From Bradymonadia bacterium (GTDB lineage Bacteria > Myxococcota_A > Bradymonadia > UBA7976 > UBA1532): 64,000 nt of DNA. Shown here one piece after another: positions 56,727-64,000 of this stretch. Location: assembly GCA_046290225.1 (NCBI GenBank), contig JBKAGE010000082.1:32001-96000 (forward strand). Reading direction: 5' to 3'. Position 1 is the first letter of the stretch; each line of letters starts with the position of its first letter. The notes beneath the pieces are model-generated. The model ran no database searches and had not been told where the DNA came from. It worked only from the letters and a program-made list of their open reading frames with translations. The translations under genes were made by a program, and so were the position numbers.

Positions 56727-59009
56727 ATGTCAGATCTCAACCCCGAAGAGCAGACCATCATCAACGAAGAGGTGGAGATTCTGGGCCGTGTACGGACCCA
56801 GATGATCGACCACGTGATGGCCAATGTGCCCCGCGTCAACTACGACGAGGAGCTGGTGCGTCTGCGTGACCAGATCGGCGAGGAGCGTGCGGAAGATCAC
56901 GCCATGCTCGTAGAGCACATGACCCGTCTGGCCTCGCTGCGCTCGATCCGCGGCAAGGGCACCAGCCTGCCGCCTGATCCGCAGAACCCGTACTTCGCCC
57001 ACCTGCGTTTGCGGGAAGGTGAGCAGGTCCGCGACGTGCTCATCGGCCGCCGGTCCTTCATCGACACCGGCAACGCGATCCACGTGGTGGACTGGCGCAA
57101 CTCGCCCATCAGCCGCATCTACTACCGCTACGAAGAGGGCGACGAGTACGAAGAGAGCTTCGCCGGCCGCCTGAAGAACGGCGTGGTGGAGCTGCGGCGC
57201 ACGGTGACCATCGCCGAGGGCGAGCTGGTCCGGGTCCGGGCCGGAGAAGAAGTCCTCGTGTTCCGCGGGGGCGAGTGGCAGCGCATGAGCGCCGATCAGC
57301 GCCAGCTCTCCGGCGGCGCTGGGGCAGCCATCCGGGCCCCCTCGGAGCGCCTCGGTCGCTCGGAGAAGGATCAGCGCCTGCCGGAGATCACCGCCCTCAT
57401 CGATCCGCAGCAGTTCGACGCCATCGCCGGCGAGCGCTCTGGTGTGGTCATCATCCGCGGCGGCGCCGGGACCGGTAAGACCACCATCGCCCTGCACCGT
57501 GCGGCGTTCCTGCACTTCCGAGATCCACAGCGCTTCGCGCCGAAGCGCATGCTGGTCATCACCCCCGGCGACGCCCTGGCCCGCTACGTGGCTCGGGTGC
57601 TGCCGGCCCTCGACGTGGGCGGGGTGCCGATCCGCACGTTCCCCCGGTGGGCCCACGAGACCCTCAAGCGGGTGATCCCCGAGTACCGCAAGCGCAAGCT
57701 CACCGAAGACACCCCCCTCGGAGCCCGGCGCCTGAAGCGCCACCCGCTCATGCTCAAGCTGCTCGCCGAAGAGGTGCAGCTCGAGGGCCGGGTCTTCGAC
57801 GCTCTCTTTGAAGAGGCTGGCGGCGAGATCGCCCTCAAGGCCTGGGTCTCTCGGCGAAATGTGCCCACTGAGCGCCGCATCAAGGGTGTGAGCCGCTGGC
57901 TCGACGGCCCCGGCCGCAAGCTGCTCGACGTGGAGACTCGCAAGCGCGTACGCAAGGTCCTCGACGAGGCCCGCGAGGAGCTGCTCGACCCGGCGGAGAC
58001 CTGGGCCAACCTGCTCACTGATCGCCACCGCATCACCAAGGCTCTCACCGACGCCGGTGAGTCGTTCCTGAGCTGGGAGGTCGATCAACTGGTAGACACA
58101 GTGAGCCGTCAGGCCGACGAGCCCATCGATCGCAGCGATCTCGATCCGCACCTGCGCTCGGGGGTCGACGGCCGCTCCATCGACGAAGGCGAGATCCAGA
58201 GCCGCCTCGATGTGGACGATCTGACGATCCTGTTGCGTCTGGTTCAGCTCAAACGCGGCCGCCTGCAGCCCCCACAGGGCGGCGCGGTGACCTACGAGCA
58301 CCTCGTGGTGGACGAAGCCCAGGATCTGACCCCGCTGGCCCTGAAGGTGCTGCTCGACGCCGCCAACAGCCCCGACTCGCCGGTGACCCTCGCCGGCGAC
58401 ACCGCCCAGAAGATCAGGTTCGACAACGGCTTCGACGAGTGGGAGCAGCTCATCGACGATCTACGCCTGCGGGCCACGATCCTGCCGCCGCTGGCGGTGA
58501 GCTACCGCTCCACGAGCCAGGTCATGGCCCTCGCCCGCCACGTGCTGGGCGATCTGGCCCCCCACGAGCCTGCCCGGGACGCCCGCAACGGCGCCCCCGT
58601 GGAGATGTTCCGGTTCCACGAGACCGGTGAAGCGGTGGCGTTCCTCGCCGACTCGCTCAAGAGCCTCATGGCCCGGGAGCGTACGGCGAGCGTGGCCCTG
58701 GTGTCGCGCACGTCAGAGGTGGCCGACCTCTACTTCAACGGCCTGCAGCGGGCCGAGGTGCCCTACTTGCGGCGCATCCACAAGCAGAACTTCGACTTCT
58801 CCGCGGGCATCGACGTCACCGACGTGTTCCAGATCAAGGGTCTCGAGTACGACTACATCGTGCTGCTCGAGGTCACCGAGGAGCAGTACCCCAACACCAC
58901 CGAGTCCAGGCATCTGCTGCATGTGGCGGCCACCCGCGCCGCCCACCAGCTCTGGCTGCTCGCCTCGGGGGTGCCCAGCAGTCTGCTCCCCGACGAGATG
59001 CGGACCTGA
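56727..59009 (+). CDS. HelD-like SF1 (UvrD-family) helicase/ATPase
   Basis: PYFAHL, DWRNSP, GGAGTGKTTIALHRAAFL, VVDEAQD, GDTAQ, YRST, KGLEYD, HVAATRA. Confidence 0.88.
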   Translation: MSDLNPEEQTIINEEVEILGRVRTQMIDHVMANVPRVNYDEELVRLRDQIGEERAEDHAMLVEHMTRLASLRSIRGKGTSLPPDPQNPYFAHLRLREGEQVRDVLIGRRSFIDTGNAIHVVDWRNSPISRIYYRYEEGDEYEESFAGRLKNGVVELRRTVTIAEGELVRVRAGEEVLVFRGGEWQRMSADQRQLSGGAGAAIRAPSERLGRSEKDQRLPEITALIDPQQFDAIAGERSGVVIIRGGAGTGKTTIALHRAAFLHFRDPQRFAPKRMLVITPGDALARYVARVLPALDVGGVPIRTFPRWAHETLKRVIPEYRKRKLTEDTPLGARRLKRHPLMLKLLAEEVQLEGRVFDALFEEAGGEIALKAWVSRRNVPTERRIKGVSRWLDGPGRKLLDVETRKRVRKVLDEAREELLDPAETWANLLTDRHRITKALTDAGESFLSWEVDQLVDTVSRQADEPIDRSDLDPHLRSGVDGRSIDEGEIQSRLDVDDLTILLRLVQLKRGRLQPPQGGAVTYEHLVVDEAQDLTPLALKVLLDAANSPDSPVTLAGDTAQKIRFDNGFDEWEQLIDDLRLRATILPPLAVSYRSTSQVMALARHVLGDLAPHEPARDARNGAPVEMFRFHETGEAVAFLADSLKSLMARERTASVALVSRTSEVADLYFNGLQRAEVPYLRRIHKQNFDFSAGIDVTDVFQIKGLEYDYIVLLEVTEEQYPNTTESRHLLHVAATRAAHQLWLLASGVPSSLLPDEMRT

Positions 59010-59039
59010 ACTGCATTCCTGACGCATTTTGAGTCAATT

Positions 59040-59073
59040 CGGCCTTGGGATTCAGGCCCAATCCCCAAGGTCG
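59040..59073 (+). terminator. Hairpin downstream of the helicase
   Basis: GGCCTTGGG...CCCAAGGTC stem. Confidence 0.4.
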
Positions 59074-59110
59074 TTCCTCTCGACACCAGAGTTGATATGC
59101 TGTTCTGGCC

Positions 59111-60943
59111 ATGCATGCATCTATTCCGCCCCCGCTGGTCGAGCCCGTTCCGCCCTTCACAGTCATGATCGTCGACGACGATCCGGTCGATGCGGCTCAG
59201 ATCGCCCGCCTGCTCAATCGGTGCGAGCCGCCGCCGAGCACGCTCATCGAGCATCACGATCCGCAGCACGCCCTCAAACGCCTGGTGCCCGAAGCCCCTG
59301 ATGTGGTCTTCGTCGACCAAATGCTCGGTGGAGAGCGGGGCCTCGACGTCATTCAGGCCATGCGCACGACCTGGCCCCGGGCAGAGTACGTACTGCTCAC
59401 GGGGATGGGGGACGAGGCCATCGCCGCAGCCTCTCTGCGCATGGGGGTCAGCGACTACCTGAGCAAGAACGGCCTGACCACACACATCCTCGAGCGCAGC
59501 CTGCGTTACCTGCGCACGCGGCGCATCGTACGCCTCGCTAAAGAGGCCTCGGCCCAACAGCTGCACACGATCTTCAACGCGAGCGCCGATCTGCTCGCGG
59601 TCCTCGATCCGCTCACGGGCACGGTCATCGAGGTGAACGAGGCGGGCAGACGCCTGCTCGGTCACGCCATCGAAGATCTCAAAGGCAAGCCCCTGGCCCC
59701 TCTGTTGCCAGAGGCCCACTGGCGGCGATTGAGCGCTCAGGTCACCTCTGCTCAGAGAGAGCCTTCACCCATTCTCAGGGTGCAGATCAGGCGCGCCGAC
59801 AATACCCTGTGTCCCATGGACGCCTCGGTGACCCAGATCCCCTGGCAGCCGCCCCACGGCACGGCAAGCCTGCTCACGCTCCGAGACGCCTCCCCGCACC
59901 TCGAGGTCGCCACGGTAAGCGGGCAGCTCGGGGCCCTCGTCGAGCACGCGCCCATGGCGGTGATCTCCTCTACACCTGATGGTCAGATCACCGCCTGGAA
60001 CTCTGCAGCAAAGGCCCTCTATGGCCACAGCGCCGAGCAGATTCTGGGATCATCCATCTTGTCCTTGGGCACGCCAGACCACCTGGAGACGTTGCGGGCG
60101 CTGTATGACCGGGCCGCCGCAGGCGCGGTGATCTCGAAGACCTTGTCCGTGCATCGACACAGCACAGGTGATCCCATCCCGGTTCAGCTGACGATCACGG
60201 CGGTCAGAGAGGGCCGTACAGTCCACGGCTTGTCCACGGTGGTCGAAGATCTACGCCCTCTGCGCACGGCAGAGGCCCGCATAGAAGCCCTCACCGCCGA
60301 TCTCGATCGCCTCAACACGGCGATGAAGGCCATGCAGGGCCCCGCTCAGCAAGTCATCGACACCTTCTCCGACTCTCTGGAGACCGAGCTGGTGAGCAAG
60401 CGGGTACTGGAGCACCAGCTCAAGACGGCCCGTGGCGAGGCGGAGGCCAGCCGGGAGACGCTCAGCGCGGTGACGATCGAGCTCGAGCAGGCCCGACGCC
60501 GCAACGCAGAGCTGGTGCGCCGCCTGGAGCGTCTGATCGACGATCAAGGGCAACCCCAGGCCGTGAGCGCGGTGCTGCCCCACGCAGCGATCCTCATCGA
60601 GCCCCCGGGCAACCCCCGTGTGCAGCGCACGCTCGCCCTCACCCGCCTGGGCGTTCAGACCAGCGCGGTGAACACGCCGAAGCAGGCCCTGAGCCACACA
60701 CAACACGAAGAGCCAGGGGTGATCCTGGTGGTGGCCAACGGGGTGCCAGATCACGGCGTGGTCTCGTGGGTAGGTCGCCTGAAGCGCGACATGCGCACGG
60801 CAGAGATCCCCATGGTGGTGTTGCTCGACGGTGAGAACGAGACGCTCAGGGAGCAGGTGCTCGAGGCGGGCACGGAGGCGACGCTGGCCCTCGACGCACC
60901 GATCGAGTCGCTGGCTTCATTGCTGGGTACGCTCGTGACCTGA
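59111..60943 (+). CDS. Signal protein: receiver-PAS-PAS-coiled coil-degenerate receiver
   Basis: IVDDD..FVD..LLTG..DYLSK; two PAS repeats (EVNEAG, WNSAAKALYGH); C-terminal LKRDMRTAEIPMVVL. Confidence 0.85.
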   Translation: MHASIPPPLVEPVPPFTVMIVDDDPVDAAQIARLLNRCEPPPSTLIEHHDPQHALKRLVPEAPDVVFVDQMLGGERGLDVIQAMRTTWPRAEYVLLTGMGDEAIAAASLRMGVSDYLSKNGLTTHILERSLRYLRTRRIVRLAKEASAQQLHTIFNASADLLAVLDPLTGTVIEVNEAGRRLLGHAIEDLKGKPLAPLLPEAHWRRLSAQVTSAQREPSPILRVQIRRADNTLCPMDASVTQIPWQPPHGTASLLTLRDASPHLEVATVSGQLGALVEHAPMAVISSTPDGQITAWNSAAKALYGHSAEQILGSSILSLGTPDHLETLRALYDRAAAGAVISKTLSVHRHSTGDPIPVQLTITAVREGRTVHGLSTVVEDLRPLRTAEARIEALTADLDRLNTAMKAMQGPAQQVIDTFSDSLETELVSKRVLEHQLKTARGEAEASRETLSAVTIELEQARRRNAELVRRLERLIDDQGQPQAVSAVLPHAAILIEPPGNPRVQRTLALTRLGVQTSAVNTPKQALSHTQHEEPGVILVVANGVPDHGVVSWVGRLKRDMRTAEIPMVVLLDGENETLREQVLEAGTEATLALDAPIESLASLLGTLVT

Positions 60944-60946
60944 GAA

Positions 60947-61321
60947 TCAGGTCAAATACTCGTCGGGCACCGGCAGCCCCTGACTGCGGAAGAAGGTCAG
61001 CTGGTCGAAGTAGCCACGCTGAAACACGATCAGGCCCTCGCGCACCTGGAAGAACCCGCACCCACGCAGCCCCTGAGGATCCCGCCACTCCATGATGGCC
61101 CACTCGCCGTCTTCGAAGAGATTCTCCACGATGCAGGTCATCTCGGCTCGCCCCATCTCGATCTCGAAGAGCCGCTGAATCGCCTCGCGGCCCACGAGGG
61201 GCTCGGTGACCACCTGATGGTTGATCGCCTCTTCGGCATACAAGGCTGACAGCCCATCTACATCGCCGGCGTTGAACCGAGCCACCCACGTTTGCACCAC
61301 CTGCTTCGGACTCATCGTCAT
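60947..61321 (-). CDS. NTF2/SnoaL-like protein
   Basis: FNAGDVDGLSALYAEEA, GREAI, FQVREGLIVFQRGYFD. Confidence 0.85.
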   Translation of the reverse strand: MTMSPKQVVQTWVARFNAGDVDGLSALYAEEAINHQVVTEPLVGREAIQRLFEIEMGRAEMTCIVENLFEDGEWAIMEWRDPQGLRGCGFFQVREGLIVFQRGYFDQLTFFRSQGLPVPDEYLT

Positions 61322-62250
61322 GACACATCTCCCACGGACCACGCCCACCCCTCGGCGAGCATATCGAGTCGTTGATACTGCCGGCGTCGCTTCAACGACT
61401 TGAGCACGCGATAGAACAGGTTGCGCTTCTTGCGCACCGAGACCTTCAAATCAGGCTGTACCGCCAGCGCAGGGTCGAGACCATCATCTCGAAGGCCCAA
61501 CAGATCCACCGCGTGAAACTCCAGCGTCAGGTGCTCGGGCCCACCCACATCAGCGGCGGCCACCACGGCATCGCTCATGCGCCCCATCGCCGTAAACGCC
61601 GTACCGATGAGGGGCACCCCGCCAAAAACGCTGATGGGGCATTGCACCAACCCACCCACCCCACGCCGGTGGGGCTCTTCGGGGTGCATCACATAGGGCA
61701 CCCGAGGCGACAGCAGCACCTTGGGATCACCCAACACGCTCCGGCTCCGGCGACCCCTCAGCGCCATCAGACCCATCACCGCGGCCTTGGCAGAGTAATA
61801 AGGCACACAGGGAAACACGCTCGAATCATAGCGGTGCCCCGTAGCACGCACGTCGAGGGCCAGCTCGGGCGTCGTGTTGTACCCCGGCGAGCGAAAACCC
61901 GTCACCAGCACCCCGGCAGCCTCTTCGAGACGCCTGCGCCCTTCAGCGACCTCAGCCTTGCGGGTCTCGGCATCAAGGCGGGTCAGATCATACGGATGAC
62001 GCCAGGAGTGGTTCCCAATCTCATGACCTGCGGCCACCATGGCCTGCAGCCACTGCCGGTTCTCCTCGAGGTCGAGATCTTCCGCGACGCAGTAAAACGT
62101 CGCAGGCACCCCCAACTCGGCGAAGAGCTCCAGGAATCGGGGCACACCGACGGTCCAAGCGGCGTTGGAGGCCGAGGCGTCATCGAGACCATGGATGCGG
62201 TAATAGTGGTGCAGGCTGTCGACGTCGACGCCGACGCTTACGGTTTTCAT
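61318..62250 (-). CDS. Polysaccharide deacetylase family protein
   Basis: VDVD, ATFY, GHEIGNHSWRH, GFRSPGY, YDSS, FH; AGGAGA RBS. Confidence 0.9.
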   Translation of the reverse strand: MKTVSVGVDVDSLHHYYRIHGLDDASASNAAWTVGVPRFLELFAELGVPATFYCVAEDLDLEENRQWLQAMVAAGHEIGNHSWRHPYDLTRLDAETRKAEVAEGRRRLEEAAGVLVTGFRSPGYNTTPELALDVRATGHRYDSSVFPCVPYYSAKAAVMGLMALRGRRSRSVLGDPKVLLSPRVPYVMHPEEPHRRGVGGLVQCPISVFGGVPLIGTAFTAMGRMSDAVVAAADVGGPEHLTLEFHAVDLLGLRDDGLDPALAVQPDLKVSVRKKRNLFYRVLKSLKRRRQYQRLDMLAEGWAWSVGDVS

Positions 62251-62274
62251 GGGGTGAAACTCTCCTGATTGGAA

Positions 62275-62571
62275 AGAGAGTTTTCGGGCACGGGCACGGG
62301 CACGGGCACGGGCACGAGTTGATTCGCATGTTGACCCGTGGCCCTGCATGACTCCGCTCGTGGGTCTTTGACGATGGATGCTCTACTCGGCCCCAGCAAC
62401 TTTCCAGACGGCTTGGGCCTCCATACGTCCCAAGACCTGAGAGTTCAGGTCACTCTGGAACGCATTCAGCCTCAGTCGCAGCCTTCGTCCTGAGTCATGT
62501 ATGGCCACGGGTCAACATGCGAATCAACTCGTGCCCGTGCCCGTGCTCGTGCCCGTGCCCGAAGACTCTCT
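62275..62571. repeat. Foldback element: 80-bp inverted arms, each with five CGGGCA-type hexamers, around a 137-nt structured core
   Basis: Arms 62275-62354 and 62492-62571 are reverse complements with about 4 mismatches. Confidence 0.9.
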
Positions 62572-62608
62572 CGCGAGCGAAGCGAGGCCCGGGCCTCCCC
62601 CTTCAAGC

Positions 62609-63403
62609 TCACTTCAAATCGCGACCGAGGCGAATGATCATGGTCAACCGCACCATGTTCCGCAGCACATTGGGCACCCGACGGAACAGGTGCACCGAGG
62701 GGGGCCGCTTCTCCATGAGCCGCACCGGGATCTCCACCCAGCGACGCTCTGCCCGATGGGTACGCACCACGAACTCGCTGGCGAACATGTCTTTGTCGAC
62801 GACACAGGCATCGACGATGTCGAGCAGGTCTTCCCGACGGAACGCCTTGAGGCCGTGAGTGTCGGTGCCCTTGAAGCCCACCGAGACCCGGAGCATGCCG
62901 TTGAGCACCTGGGTGGCCGCTCGGCGGTACATCGGACGCTGATCAGAAGAGCCCTTCACCCGCTTGCTGCCCACCACCAGCTGGAAGCCCTCGTCTTTGA
63001 TCTTCCCCAGGGCCCGCTCGTAGAAGTCGACGTCACACAGGTCGATCTCGTCACAGATGACGATCTCACCCCGGGCCTGTTGGATGCCCTCCTTGAGGGC
63101 CTTGCCGTAGTTGGGCTCGCCGATGGAGAGCACCCGCACCTGCGGGTGGCGCTCAGCGTAGTCTTCGGCGATGGGCACCGTCTGATCGACGCTGCCGTTC
63201 TCCGCCACGATGATCTCGAAGGTGAAGTCCACCCCGGAGAGCTTGTCGAGCAGATCGGAGAGCGAGGCCGAGATGATGCCCTCTTCGTTGTAGACCGGGA
63301 TCACGATGGAGACGTCGGGGCGCAGCCGATCGGGATCAATCTCGAGGATGTTGTCGGGATCGTGGGTGCCGGTCATGGAGGCGTTGCCTTTGTGCGAAGA
63401 CAT
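62609..63403 (-). CDS. GT2 glycosyltransferase (DPM1/polyprenol-phosphate glycosyltransferase-like); start may be 63376
   Basis: SIVIPVYNEE, ENGSVDQT, VVGSKR, TDTHGLKAFRR. Confidence 0.9.
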   Translation of the reverse strand: MSSHKGNASMTGTHDPDNILEIDPDRLRPDVSIVIPVYNEEGIISASLSDLLDKLSGVDFTFEIIVAENGSVDQTVPIAEDYAERHPQVRVLSIGEPNYGKALKEGIQQARGEIVICDEIDLCDVDFYERALGKIKDEGFQLVVGSKRVKGSSDQRPMYRRAATQVLNGMLRVSVGFKGTDTHGLKAFRREDLLDIVDACVVDKDMFASEFVVRTHRAERRWVEIPVRLMEKRPPSVHLFRRVPNVLRNMVRLTMIIRLGRDLK

Positions 63404-63443
63404 GTGCAGGTCTCGTGTCTGAATGGATCGATTCCGGATTGAT

Positions 63444-64000
63444 CTAGATGCTCGAAGCGCCGTTCTGGTCGGCCAGCAGCTGCTCTGCAGCGGCGCGGCC
63501 GTCGATCATGGCGTCTTCCATGGAGCAGTACTTCCACTCGCCATAGCGCCCGATGCTCAACGTGCCCGTCTCGTGCAGCCAGCTGTGAATCGTCTCTCGG
63601 GCGCCGTGATAGGCGTGATCGTAGACCACATAGGCGCAGCCGATGTGCCGGGGCCACATAAACTCGATCTGATCCACGCTGTCGATGAGCTGCATGGCCA
63701 CGAGGCCCTCAGCCACGCGATCGGCGAGCTGCTCCAGGGGGGTTTCTCGATCGGCCATCTCCACATACAGAGAGTGGCAGCCCTCAGGGGCCATCTCGGG
63801 GATGGCGTTGGTGAACACCCCCACCCGATACATGGGCCACTCGTGCTCGGGCACGTAGATCCAGTGATCAGGCTGCTTCACCGGGCCCTTGATGCCCACG
63901 TTGAAGTAGGGCGTCGCCGTCCAGCGCAGCTGATGTCGGGCATCGACGACGGCCTGGGGAGCCACAGGCGTGAGCTGGTCGATCAGATAGGGCAGCGGCA
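63444..64000 (-). CDS. 5'-truncated FAD-dependent oxidoreductase (protoporphyrinogen oxidase/UDP-galactopyranose mutase-like)
   Basis: Frame open to the window edge; PLPYL, WIYVPE..PMYR, AYVVYD, GRYGEWKYCSMED. Confidence 0.8.
   Translation of the reverse strand, partial: PLPYLIDQLTPVAPQAVVDARHQLRWTATPYFNVGIKGPVKQPDHWIYVPEHEWPMYRVGVFTNAIPEMAPEGCHSLYVEMADRETPLEQLADRVAEGLVAMQLIDSVDQIEFMWPRHIGCAYVVYDHAYHGARETIHSWLHETGTLSIGRYGEWKYCSMEDAMIDGRAAAEQLLADQNGASSI

Noticed and set aside
62251..62349. N-terminal RARARA extension of the deacetylase ORF, and ORF 62501..63442
   Set aside because: Translations of the hexamer repeat arms; the real start at 62250 has a good RBS.
1..64000. tRNA, rRNA, transposase, integrase or prophage genes
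   Set aside because: No recognisable signatures by eye; tRNAscan-SE and ISEScan would be needed to exclude them formally.

Overview
High-GC bacterial chromosomal window. A MYXO-CTERM-like tag, many Cys-rich lipoproteins, sigma54-type promoters and the tol-pal organisation suggest Myxococcota/Bradymonadia-like deltaproteobacteria (inference). Housekeeping islands: panBC, tolQRAB-pal, an RlmL-like methyltransferase, a HelD-like helicase and an envelope-glycan operon at the right end. Most of the rest encodes large secreted or surface proteins, often as tandem paralog pairs: (i) permuted NlpC/P60-like lipoproteins with an inserted HhH domain, (ii) RCC1-TSP3-left-handed beta-helix-fibrinogen-like proteins, (iii) beta-rich lipoproteins. 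Also present: a ~2100-aa adhesin with an internal MYXO-CTERM fused to a TraB/OmpA-like module, a DUF4331/TPR operon, a STAND ATPase beside a DUF538-like gene, and three secreted hydrolases. The strongest unexplained signals are non-coding: a ~170-nt multi-helix element with compensatory base changes directly after the stop codon of both NlpC/P60-like paralogs, a ~300-nt foldback element with 80-bp arms and a structured core, a repeat-plus-hairpin array upstream of a sigma54 promoter, and a structured panB leader. I saw no rRNA, tRNA, CRISPR array or transposase. All family calls come from motif recognition by eye, not database searches.
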